From an uncultured Gammaproteobacteria bacterium (GTDB lineage Bacteria; Patescibacteriota; Microgenomatia; Levybacterales; UBA12049), in assembly GCA_964507055.1 (NCBI GenBank), contig CAZDOJ010000001.1, positions 1,170,050 through 1,234,049 on the forward strand: a DNA stretch of 64,000 nucleotides, in the 5' to 3' direction. Positions 47,584 to 60,600 of this stretch are shown in pieces. Position 1 is the stretch's first letter, and each line of letters begins with the position of its first letter. Position numbers and translations under genes: made by a program. The notes under the pieces were generated by a model. That model did not search any database. It was not told where the DNA came from and saw only the letters and a program-made list of their open reading frames with translations.

Positions 47584-48564
47584 ATGAAAATGTTCTCATT
47601 TATTATCTTAGCTCTGATTATTGGATTTGTAGGTGGGTATTTTATAAATAAATTATCTTCACAAAGTCTACCTATTCAAAGAGAAGACTGTGAATCTAAA
47701 TATGAGTTTATTAATAGTAGGATTGGTTGCCAACAGAATATTATAGATAAAAGAGAGTATACAGAATTTACTTCGGATTTGGAAACTTATATAGCTCAAG
47801 AAAAGGATAAAGGACATGTTTTCCACGTATCCGTTTACTTTCGTGATCTTATAGCTGGGCCAACATTTGGTATTAATTCAGGCGAAAAATTTGTACCTGC
47901 AAGTCTTTTGAAACTACCAATGATTATGACATATCTAAGTCTGTCTGAACAAACACCTGATATTCTAACTCAGAAAATAGTTTATAACAATATAAGATTA
48001 AATGCTGAACAATCGACAAGTAACATTCCTCAACTAGAAAAAAATAAGGAATATTCTATAGATGATTTGATTTCTAGAACAATTATATATTCTGACAATA
48101 AGTCCGAAGCTCTATTACGAAATTATCTGTCGACTACATATCCTAAAGATAATTTGTTAATTCAAACAATGACGGATCTTGGCTTAGTCGATCCAAGAGA
48201 TCCAATTGAAAATACTCTTACAGTCAAAGCATATGGAACTTTGTTCAGGCAATTATATAACAGTAGTTATCTTTCTCCAGCGATGTCTGAGAAGGCTTTA
48301 AAATTATTGGCGAAAAGTAAGTTCAAAAATGGAATATCTGGTGGGTTACCGAAAGATATAAAAGCAGCACACAAATTTGGTGAACGTGAGGAAGTAAATC
48401 AAAATGAAAAACAGCTTCATGATTGTGGAATTGTCTACTATCCTAATAATCCATACCTTCTTTGTGTAATGACACGTGGTGATGATATGCAAGAGCTCGA
48501 ATCTGTAATCAAAACGATATCAGAAAAAGTATATAAAGAAGTTGACTCCAGAAGAATACAATAA
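47584..48564 (+). CDS. Class A beta-lactamase-related serine hydrolase, membrane-anchored, paralog 2 (tandem duplicate)
   Basis: Same motifs (FVPASLLKLP, YSDNKSEALL, HKFGERE, LHDCGIVYYPNNPYLLCVMTRG). About 45% identity to the upstream paralog. Start could be 47569 (11-nt overlap), 47584 or 47590. Confidence 0.7.
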   Translation: MKMFSFIILALIIGFVGGYFINKLSSQSLPIQREDCESKYEFINSRIGCQQNIIDKREYTEFTSDLETYIAQEKDKGHVFHVSVYFRDLIAGPTFGINSGEKFVPASLLKLPMIMTYLSLSEQTPDILTQKIVYNNIRLNAEQSTSNIPQLEKNKEYSIDDLISRTIIYSDNKSEALLRNYLSTTYPKDNLLIQTMTDLGLVDPRDPIENTLTVKAYGTLFRQLYNSSYLSPAMSEKALKLLAKSKFKNGISGGLPKDIKAAHKFGEREEVNQNEKQLHDCGIVYYPNNPYLLCVMTRGDDMQELESVIKTISEKVYKEVDSRRIQ

Positions 48565-48682
48565 TTTCTGTACTTTGTGTTGCAAGTACCAGAGCTTTTT
48601 CGGTTAATCAGTACTCACCAATTTTCTTTTATTCTTGAACCGTAAAGAACCAAGCTCTTTACGAATGAAAGTCGTAGTGATT

Positions 48683-51600
48683 TTATTCTAATGGTGTTGC
48701 TGCGGATAATTCTTGTGGTTTTTCTGTACCGATCTGCATAATCATTTCAGTTGTTGAGAATGCTACTCCAACTGGAACCTCTTTGACCGCATCAACTGGT
48801 GCTACATCTGTTAGGGCTCCTGCAACTCCTAAGAAGTATTGCTTACCAGCTTCTAAGTTATTCAATACATTTGCTTTCCCACCGATGATGATGGTAACTT
48901 TCTCACCAGCCAATGCATCACCAGCAGCGATACCCACTACTGTTGTCTTTGCTTCATCTGTCGCATCTGCGATCATGACTTCTTCTGTATCTGAGATGTA
49001 AAGTGCATCTCCCTTTGTGATGTCTTCACCAGCTGTTGCTGATATAGTGATCGCTCCAGCGAGATCGATATTGCCGCCAACTTTGATGTTTTCTTTGGTT
49101 TCAACATTCTTTGCGACGATATTGCCTTTGGTAATCATTGTTCCGTTCTTGTCGATAACCATTGCTCCGTTGAAGATGTCGAGTAAGTTAGCAAGTGGTG
49201 ACTTCTGCAAGAACAAGATACCATCAGTTGGTTCTTCACCATTTTCGATTGGTGTACCGAAGACACTGATTTCATTTTCTGTGACAGAGAGTGTGCCGCC
49301 GACATTGATTCTGTCATCAACTGTGAGGACGCCAGCAACATTCGTATCTTCAAGTGTTGTCTTACCAGTTACCATTACATCACCTGAGATTGTTGTGTCA
49401 CCGAGGTATGATTTTCCAAATGACTTGAATGTATCCTGGATTGTTGCAGTGTATGCAGTGAATTCACCACTAACAGTTGCAGTTGAGAAGAATCCATGAT
49501 CAGTAGGGGATGCAGAATCCGATGCAATCAAGAGATCAGGTGATGTGAGATCTTCAGCTGATGGAGTAGGTTCTGCACTTTCACTTGCAGTTGGCGTAGC
49601 AGATGGTGAACCGACGCCACTTGTTGGAGTAGGGGTCGCTGATACATTGAGACTTGCGATGAGGTCATCAATTCTCTGACTCAAACTTGCAAGATCAGCT
49701 GAATTTGAAGCATTGTTGATTGCTTCAAGTTGTGCATTTAAGTTAGCGAGAACTGCATCTGTTGAAGCAACTCTGTCTCCAAGTGTTGCAGCATCGCTTG
49801 CTGCTTTTTCTGCGAGATCTTGTGCTGCTGCAAGTGCTGCTGCCTTTGCTGCTTCTTGTGACTCAAGGTTAGTGAGCCGTGTATCAAGTTGATTTGTCTT
49901 CTCTTCAAGACTGATTGCACTTGCTTGGAGTGATCCGATCGCAGTTGTCTTATTTGTGAGACTGTTGTTAACTGCGAGGAATGCATCAGCCAATGAACCG
50001 TTAACAACCTGACCGTCGATTTGCATATTTGATGGGAGGACAACTTCACCTGTTGTGATTTGTGTATCTTCATCAGTAAGGATAGCCAATTGGTTACTTG
50101 GATCAGCAAAGGTGACGTTAACAAATGTCATGACCTTGCCAACACCTGTGCCAGTGAAGTCTTCAAGTGCTTTACCGATAACTTGTCCTGGCTTGGTTGC
50201 TTTCATCGCGATACCAGCAACTGATGAAGAAGTGAGGTAATCGCCCTTTTTAATCTGTCCATTTTCTGTACTCACCTTGACTGGGACACGTCCAGCGAGA
50301 GCAACTGGAACTGCCTTGCCACCACTGATCATTTGTTCATTTTGTGATAGTCTAAAGCCTGGTTTTTCGCTGTAAACACCAATTATTGTAGTATCATATG
50401 TACCCTCTGATTTCTTGACGTTTTCAGCAACATCTTTGTCGATAGAGAGGATGTCACCAGCTTGCAGTGAATTGTCTTGTGTACCATAGTCTTCAGCCAA
50501 ATCATAGTTGCCGCCATTTGTTGTAAGTGTTCCGGACAATGTCGCGTTTCCAGTACTGTCGATAGAGAAGAGTTCTTGATTCGCAGCATTCTTCCACATG
50601 AATTTATTTGCATCCATACCTGTGTAGTCAGCAGCTAATTTACTAACCACATTACCTGTAATTCCTTCGATTGTTCCTGAGAGCAAGTCGAGGAGAGGAG
50701 TCCGAATTGTACCTGATGTTGTTAATGTTCCATTACCATCAATTGTTAATTCACTATTGTTACCGAATGCAGCTGCACTTGCAGTTAGATCTCCAAGGAT
50801 ATCGAAGTTCGCGTTGTGAGTCCAATCAGACAATCCATCATATGCTGCTTCCCCTGCATTTGGATTAGCATATCCAACATTCGCAAATGCCATAATCTTA
50901 CCCACAGACGGGTTCCAATTATTTGGATTAGAATGGTATTCCGCTAATTCTCCTGCATGGATTGAAGTTCTTTCGTTTTCTTCAAATAGAACATTTTCAG
51001 AAACTCGTACAGATCCATCATAATCTTCTAGAGCTTTACCGATAACTCGACCCCCTTTAGTTGCTTTCATAGCAACACCAGGAATTGAAGAACTGGTAAG
51101 GTAATCACCAATCTGAATAGGACCATTTTCTGTCGAGACTTTAAGCGGTACACGTCCTGCCAATCCTACCGGTTGTCTATTTGGAGATTTTACATTGTAA
51201 CCAATGATACCGTCAGCAATTGGGTTTGTTGAAACGATACCAATCATGTTGTCATCGTAAGTTCCATTAGATGCTGAAACCATGTAGTTTCCACCAGTTG
51301 ATGAGACGATGTCACCAGGTTCTACTGTACCATCAGTGTCATAGAATTCAGCTAAGTCAGCTTGGCCAGAAGTAGAACAGTCTCCAATTACAGCTTCGTT
51401 AAGTGCAACTCCGTTACCTGTACCGCCACCAGTTTGACATAGACGCTGTGTTTTAGCTCCTGATGCTGCATCAATTCTTACTTGTCCCTCAAAGTCATGT
51501 GTGCCAGTTCCGGTGACTTCAAGGTTTTCAGCAATTTCAATAACAGTATCAGTAGGGGAACTTATAACAGGTCTTGTCCCATCAAGATCAAAAGCAAGAT

Positions 51601-54600
51601 CAGTATTATCAGTTCCACCAGCACCTTGGAATTCAATACTACCGTTGGTGTTGTTATCAATTGTTTCACCATTCTGAAGTACAATATCGTTTGTAATATC
51701 TGTTGTTGCAATGTTAATACCATTGGTTATTGATCCTGCGAACCCGCCTGATACACCCAAGATTCTGATTGCACTTGTAACAGCTGCCGACTGGTTCTCA
51801 GAGTTTACGAGACAGAGGAGACATTCAACACCATCTGCATTTGTTGTACCAGTTGCAGCATTGACGATTTCAAATCCTCGAAGATTTGAATCACCATCAT
51901 TTTGTGTGAGTACCAATCGTGAACCATACAATGTGTCACTTGAAGAACCACCCTGTGCAGTGTAATCGAGTGAAAGACCGATATTGTTACCAGTAGATGA
52001 ATCAACATCAAGATCAAAGACACCAGTTGAAAGTGAATTGAGTGTACTGTCATTTGATGCAGCATCGATGAAGATTCTTTGTCCTGCTGCTTGGGTAAAT
52101 GTTGTTCCACCAGCTTCAGTTAGTGTTAAGAATGAAGTACCATTTCTGTTAACGATGAAGTCTCCAGTAGCTCCACTGACACCAAGGTTAACATTGATGT
52201 TGGAAGCACTTGATGGTTGGAGTGTGATATTACCAGTCCCACTACCAACGATTGTTGTACCAATTTCAGACTTCAACCAGAGATCACCATTGGATAGGGC
52301 AGAGAGTGATGATTGAGATCCACCGCCAGTTGATCCGAAGAGTATCTGACCATTTGTTGTGCCATTCAATCCAATTGTCAGTATGGATGAAGTAGCTGAT
52401 GCATCTGCAAATGAGAAGAGGGTATTTGTCCCGTCTGTTAATCCGAGTGTTCCACCATTTGCGAATGAGATCAATGGGTTACTGAAATTAAAGTTGATGT
52501 TACCAGTTGATTGAACTTGGAATAAGTCACCATTTCCAACAGTCAATGGAGCAGCTGGTGTCGCATCTCCGAATCCTACGTTTCCTTGGAAGTATGCAGT
52601 GCCATTTGAGTTCAACTTAACGCCGTATGAAGTATTAAGTGTTGGAACTGCTGCACCAGTCAATGCTGTACCAGTATCAATGATTGAGTTGGTTGTTGTT
52701 GTTAAGTATCCAGTTTGGTTATTTGATGATGTTCCTCGATATACTCGGTATGATGTCGCACCTGCAACTGCTGTCCAGTTGATTGTAACTCTCTGGCCAA
52801 GAGTAACTGCTTGTGCATTTTCAGGACTTGTAGTTGTTTCACCACCAGCTGCATCAAGTGCTGTAACTTTGTAGTAATAGGTGCCCGTTGCGAGTGTTCC
52901 ACCACCAGCTGCAGTACCCATAGATAATGCTCCAGGAGCTGACATGTTAAGACCCATGTTATTCCCAGCTCCAAGAACGAATTTCTCTTGTGGAGTTGCT
53001 GTACCAAATCCTACATTTCCACCAGCAACGATCAAGCCGTAGTTCGTAGCACTTGCTCCACTTGCATCGAAGTATCCTGCGATGTTTGTCGCACTATTTG
53101 TTGTTGTATTAACGATCGATCGGACACCATATGATGTGTGGTTAGCATTTACATTGGTTCCAGATCGTGCGATATCAAGCATGTATGTTGTACCACTTGC
53201 TCCACCATTGGTTGCTGAATTTGTGATAGCAACTGCTGGAGTAGAAACATTTGTTGTACTGATTTGAAGAACATCACTTGCTGTTGCATTGGAGATAACA
53301 CCAGTTGAGAAGTTCTTGTTGAAGTAACCGAATTGGACCGTACCAGAGTTAGCTGTTGATGTGAATCCACCTGCACAAGCCAAGTTACCATTACTGTTGG
53401 TAACTGTACAACCTGTTGATGCTGAAGTTCCAGCGATGTTAACATCTCCAGTTTGTGTATTACTTTGGAGGTTAAGTGCTCCTGAACCATTTGCATTTAC
53501 ACTGACTGCTGCGTTTGTTGTGGTAGCAGCGATCACTGGTGCTGATCCGGAAAGATTAATTGTATTTGTACCCATTGTGAGGACGCCACTACCAAATGTT
53601 ACTGGTCGGTTCGTTGTGGTATTGATTCCAAGTGTTGCTGATCCACCAGTTGCATCGATGATTGGAGCAGTACCAGTTAGGTTGATTGCGTTGGATGCGA
53701 GTGCTGTTGTCGCACCTGATACTGTCAAACCACCAGCTACTGTTGTCGTACTTCCTGATGCACCGATTGCGAGTGATGAAGCACCGCCACCGATATTCAA
53801 AGTTGATGTCTGAACTGTGTTAAACAAGTTAACAGTTGATCCTGATGTTGCTGAGATATCGCCTCCGTTAACGATCAAATCACCAGTCATTGTTGTCGCA
53901 TTTGTTCCGAGGAATGAATATGTTGGGTTCGTTGAGCCGTTACCAAATGAGATATTTTCTGAGCTGTTTGTGGTGTTGATGTTAATGTAATTATTTGCAC
54001 CTTCTTGAACATCAAGAGCATCAGTATTGTTATCAACTAAGTTTGCAGTAATATCACTTCCTGCACCATTTGCTGTAAGTGAAACTGTTGTTCCGGAAAG
54101 AGCAATTGCATCGCCGCCATCACCGATGTTTGCTGCACCATTTGCAGTGAGTGTACCAGCAACTGTTAATCCATTATTAACTGTTGTTGTTCCAGTAGCA
54201 GCTCCGAGTGAAACAGTTGTTGCAGCACCACCGATGTTCAATGTTGTTGCGACTGTGTTGAAGACATTTGCAGTTGATTTCGCAGCGATCAATGTTGATT
54301 GCGTAGAACCATCAATTGTCAAACCATTTGATGCTGTAACTGCACCGGTCAATGTAGAGATGCCATCAACTGTTAATGTACCATTTGTTGAGATGTTTCC
54401 AGTGTTTGCGATTGTAGCACCAGTTGATCCGTAACCGCCGCCGACATTTACTGTATCGAATCCTGCGGTTGCATTTGTTGCAGCGATTGATGTTGCGTTA
54501 GGGAAGTTAATTGTTGTTCCTCGGATGTTGCCTGTTGCATTGGTTGCACCCAAAGTGTATGTCGTTGCAGCTCCACCAATATTGAGTGTTGTTGCTCCAG

Positions 54601-57600
54601 TATTGAAGAGGGAAGCTGTGCCAGCAGTTGTTGTAAGATCTCCACCATTCAATGCTGCATCTCCAGCACTAGTGATATCTCCACTTGCACCAGCAACTGA
54701 GAAGTTAGTACCTGATATATCATTTGCTCCGAATGAAAGTGCTGTTCCGATATCTGCATTACTAACATCAAGAGCTGTTGTGACATTGCCACTTGGAGTT
54801 CCAGCAATTCTCAATGCGATTGGTAATGCTCGATTAGTGTCTTTGTTGTCTATCAAAACGAGTTGTGTAGGATCTGCAGTTCCAGCACCATCAGCTCGTG
54901 AGATTTCGACGCCACCTGTTGAACCTGTTGCTGTTGTAACAGTGAATTTAGAATCAGCTGTTGTGTCAGCAAGTGTGAATGCGATGTCTCTGTTGTTTGT
55001 TGTAGTGATTGCATTGCCATTGTCATATGCACTTTGGAGACTTTGTGATGCACCGTCACATTTAACAACTTGATTTGAGCCATTGACACAAACACCAGTT
55101 CCAGCAGCAGTTGTCAAACCATTCAATGTTATGAATGAATCAGCGTCTGATGTAATTGTTACGCCATTTGTTCCATTTGGTGAGAAGTTAGATTGACCAT
55201 TTGCTGTAAATGTCTGACCTGATGCAACTGTCAAACCACTGTTCACAGTTGTTGTTCCACCATTTGCTCCGAGTGCGATTGTTGTAGCAGCACCACCGAT
55301 GTTGAGTGTAGTAGCTCCGGAATTAACCAAGTTGAATGTACCAGCAGTTGTTGTAAGATCTCCACCATTAACAGCAACGTCACCAGTTGCAGTAACATTA
55401 CCAGTTAATGTTGAAGCACCATCAACTGTTAATGTACCGTTTGCTTGGATATTTCCAGCGTTACTGACTGAAACGCCAGTTGACCCGTAACCACCGCCGA
55501 TTGAGAGGGAATCAGCATTGAATGCAGCGGTCAACGCAGAGATTGTTGTTGCATTGTTGAAGTTGATTGTTGTTCCTCGGAGGTTACCAGTCGCATTAGT
55601 TGCACCGATTGTGTATGCGGTTGCAGCACCACCCATGTTAAGTGTTAATGCATTTGTATTGAATACTGTTGCTGTTCCTGTACCTGATGTAGTGATGTCA
55701 CTTCCATTGACAGCTAAGTCACCTGATGTAGTGATGTTACCAGTTGATCCAACGATCCCGAAGTTGGTTGCAGATACGTTACTTGCTCCAAGTGCGATAC
55801 CTGTTGTGATACTTGCATCACTGACGTCGATACCTGTTGTTACGCCGCCGCCACCTGAGGATGTTACTTTCAAACCAGCTGGAATTGCTCTATTTGTGTC
55901 AGCATTGTCGATCAAGATAAGTTGTGCAGGATCGTTTGTACCAGCTCCATTTGCTCTTGAGAATGTAGAGAATCCAGTTGATCCATCAGCTGTTGTTACT
56001 GCAAAGTTAGAATCAGTTGCAGTATCAGCAAGTGTGAATCCGATATTTCGAGCATCAGTTGTTGTTATGGTATTTCCATTGTTGTATGCAGTTTGCAGGT
56101 TAAGAGATGCTGCATTACATGTACCAACATTGTTTGATCCATCGAGACAGAGTGTAGTACCAGCAACTGACTGAAGTCCTGTTAATACCAAAGTTGAATC
56201 AGCATCTGTTGCAAATGTAATGTCGTTTGTACTATTTGGTGAGAATGAAACTGCACCAGCTGTTGTGAGTGTACTGTTGTTACCGACAGTCAAAGCATTT
56301 CGTACAGTTGTTGTACCAGTTGTTGCACCGAGAGCAACTGTTGTTGCAGCACCACCAATGTTAAGTGTGGTAGCGGTTGTATTGAATAAGTTACCTGTTG
56401 TCTTTGATGAAACCAAGTCTGATGTTGATGCACCATTAATTGTTACACCATTCGATGCTGTAACTGCACCAGTCAATGTTGATGCTCCATCAACTGTGAG
56501 TGCACCATTTGCTTGAACATCTCCAGCACTACTTACTGAAACGCCAGTTGATCCGTAACCGCCACCGATAGCTGTTGAACTGATGTTAAGAGCAGCTGAA
56601 TTTGCTGTGATAGTTGTCGCGTTAGGGAAGTTGATTGTTGTACCTCGGATATTCTGTGTTGCAGTTGTTGCACCTGTTGTCAGTGTTGTTGCTGCACTTC
56701 CCATTGTTACTGTTGTTGCATTTGTATCGAAGATTGAACCGGTTGTTGCAGTTGTTGAAAGTGTTCCACCATTGACTGCGACATTGCCAGCTGTTGTGAC
56801 ATTACCGTTTGCACCAGAGATAGAGAAGTTACTTGCAGATACATCGTTTGCTCCGAGTGAAAGTGCAGTGACGATACTTGCGTCTGAAAGATCAAGTGCA
56901 GTTGTAATTCCGCCACCACCTGTTGATGTAATAGCCAATCCAGTTGGAAGTGGTCGGTTAGCATCTGCATTATCGATAAGAACTAATTGATTTGGATCAG
57001 ATGTTCCAGCACCATTTGCTCGTGAGAAGACTGTTCCACCAGTTGATCCATCAGCTGTTGTGATAGTGAAGTTAGAATCAGTAGCAGTGTCAGCAAGTGT
57101 GAATCCAATGTTTCTATTGTTTGTTGATGTGATGGTATTTCCATTATCATATGCAGCTTGCAAACTTGCGTTTGCTGTCAAATCACATTTAACAACTTGG
57201 TTGGAACCATTTACACAAAGTGTTGGTTGTGCACCTGATGCTGTTGTCAAACCACTGACAGTCAAGAATGAATCAGAATCAGTTGCGATTGTGACACCAT
57301 TTGTACTGTTAGGTGAGAATGAAACTGCACCACTTGTTGTCAAAGCACTGTTGTTTGCAACAGTCAAAGCATTTCGGATCGTTGTTGTACCAGTTGTTGC
57401 ACCGAGTGAAACAGTTGTAGCAGCGTTACCGATGTTAAGTGTCGTAGCACCAGTATTGAAGATATTTCCAGTTGCAAATGTTGTTGTAATATCTCCACCA
57501 TTTACTGCGATATCACCTGATGATGTGATGTTTCCAGTTAAGTTAGAAGTACCATCAACTGTTAAGTTACCATTTGCTTGGATGGTGCCAGCATTACTGA

Positions 57601-60600
57601 CTGAAACTCCTGTTGAACCATAACCGCCACCGATTGTAGCAGCATCGATTGTTACTGTCGCACCACTTGCATTCAATGCTGTTGCATTTGGAAGTGCGAT
57701 TGTTTGGTTATTGATTGTTGCTGTACCACTTGCACCGCCGATGTTCAATGTTGTTGCTGCTCCAGCGAAGTTCACTGTTGTTGCAGTTGCATCAACTAAG
57801 TTGAATGTTGTTTCATCAGTTGAGATTGTTCCACCATTTGCAGCGATTGATCCGTTAGCTGAAAGATTACCATTTGAACCAGTGAGTGAGAAGTTGGTTG
57901 CAGTGATGTCATTTGCACCAAGTGAAAGTGCATTACCGATTTCAGCATCTGAGAGATCAAGTGCTGTAGTGATACCACCAGCTGCTGCTTGTACTTTAAT
58001 ACCTGCAGCAACTGCTCTGTTTGTATCCAAGTTATCAACCAAGATCAATTGGTTTGGATCAGCTGTTCCACTACCATTTGCTCGAGTGAACGATGAGAAT
58101 CCAGTTGATCCATCAGCTGTAGTGATAGTGAAGTTAGCATCAGTTGTTGTATCAGCGAGTGTGAATCCGATATCTCGAGCATCTGTTGTAGCGATTGTGT
58201 TGCCAGCATTGTATGCAGCTTGCAAACTGAATGACGCCGCTGAACATGTACCGACATTACTTGATCCATCAACACAAAGTGTTGTTCCAGTAACTGATTG
58301 CAAACCAGTTAATACCAAAGTTGAGTCAGCATCAGTGTTGATTGTAATATCACTTGTGCTTGCAGGTGTAAGTGAAACTGCACCAGTTGTAGTGAGTGAA
58401 CTGTTGTTAGCAATTGAAAGATTATTGTTCACAGTTGTTGTGCCAGTTGCTGCACCGAGTGAAAGAGTTGTAGCAGCACCACCGACATTCAATGTTGTTG
58501 CAGTTGTATTAAAGAGGGAAGCTGTTGTTTGATTTGTAGTAACGTCGCCGCCGTTAACAGCAACGTCTGCTGCAGCTGTTACATTTCCAGTCAAAGTTGA
58601 AACACCATCAACTGTTAATGTACCGTTTGCTTGGATATTACCAGCGTTAGAGATAGTAGCACCAGTTGAACCGTAACCGCCACCGATTGCTACTGAATCA
58701 AATGTCGCTGCTGCACCAGCTGCTGCAAATGTTGTAGCGTTAGGGAAGTTGATTGTTGTACCTCGGATATTTCCTGTTGCTGCTGTTCCACCAATTGTGT
58801 ATGTTGTCGCAGCACCACCGATATTCAATGTCGTAGCAGTTGTGTTAAAGAGGGAAGCAGTTGTCGCTGATGTCGTAACATCGCCACCATTCACAGCAAC
58901 ATCACCAGTTGTTGTGATGTTTCCAGTGCTACCTGCGATAGAGAAGTTGCTTGCAGTGACATCATTTGCTCCGAGTGAAAGTGCGTTACCGATTGTTGCA
59001 TCTGAAAGATCAAGTGCAGTTGTTACTCCAGCTCCACCAGCGGAACCGATCTTCAATCCAACTGGGAGGATTCGGTCTGCATCCAAGTTGTCGATCAAGA
59101 CTAATTGTGTTGGATCATTTGTACCAGCACCGTTTGCTCGTGCGAATACTGAGTAACTGGTTGAGTCATCAGCAGTTGTTACTGAGAAGTTCGAATCAGT
59201 TGCAGTATTTGCAAGTGTGAAGTCGATATTTCTGTTGTTTGTTGTTGTGATAGTGTTGCCATTGGTATATGCAGCTTGCAAACCTTGTGACGCAGAGTTA
59301 CATGTCCCAACATTATTGCTACCATCGATACAAAGTGCAGTACCTGTAAGTGATTGCAAACCAGTCAAGATCAATGTTGAATCGGCATCAGTTGCGAAAG
59401 TAATGTCATTTGTACTGTTTGGTGAGAATGAAACAGCACCCGCACTTGTTAATGTTCTGTTATTTCCGATTGTTAAATTGTTGTTCACAGTTGTTGTACC
59501 GGTTGTTGCACCAAGAGAGAGGGTAGTAGCAGCGCCGCCAACATTCAATGTAGTGACACCAGAGTTAAGAAGATTAAATGTTGTTGCACTTGATGTTAGG
59601 TCCCCACCATTGATAGCGACATCAGCTGTCGCAGTAACATTACCAGTCAAAGCAGAAGTACCATCAATTGTTAAGTTACCATTCGCTTGGATATCTCCAG
59701 CATTTGAAAGTGTTGTTCCAGTCGTTCCATAACCGCCACCGATAGCAATAGTATCAAATGTCGCAGCAGCTTGTGGAGCAGTGAAGGATGTAGCGTTAGC
59801 GAAGTTGATAGTCGCATTTCGGATGTTTGCTACACCAGTTGTTGCACCTAAGTTAACAGTTGTTGCAGCGCTACCGATATTCAATGTTGTTGCATTGGTA
59901 TTGAACAAATTACCGGTTGTTTGTGATGTAGCAATAGTACCTGAATTAGCATTGATATTTCCTGAGAATGTACTTGCACCAGTTCCTAAGAATGAATATG
60001 TTGGGTTAGTGGTTACATTACCGAATGAAAGATTCTCAGAACCATTTGTTGTGTTCAAGTTAATGTAGTTATTTGAACCTTCCTGGATATCAAGAGCGTT
60101 TGCATTGTTATCAACTACAGTTGCAGTTAAGTTATTGTTAAGTGTTGTTGTCCCAGTTCCTGCACCGAGAGCAACAGTTGTAGCAACTCCACCGATATTT
60201 AGTGTTGTAGCATTGGTATTAAGAAGATTGAATGTTGTTTGTGATGTTGTAAGATCTCCGCCATTTACAGCAACATCACTTGCAGCGGTAACATTTCCAG
60301 TTAATATTGATGTGCTATCAACTGTCAAAGTTCCATTGGTTGAAACATTCCCGGCATTACTTACTGTCAAACCAGTAGAGCCATAACCTCCGCCGACGTT
60401 TAATGTATCGATATTTGCAGTTGCTCCTGCTGCGTTAATTGCAGTTGCATTTGGAAGAGAGAGGGTAGCGTTGTTGATCGTTGCTGTTCCACTATTTGCA
60501 CCGATGGTAACATTGGTAGCAGTGCCGCCAGCATTCAATGTTGTGACTCCAGAGTTAAGAAGATTGAATGTTGTTGCAGAAGATGTAAGATCTCCACCAT

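Noticed and set aside
48641-48663. Hairpin cgtaaag-aaccaagct-ctttacg between the convergent serine hydrolase and giant gene
   Set aside because: A 7-bp stem but no flanking T-tract on either strand, so I cannot call it an intrinsic terminator.
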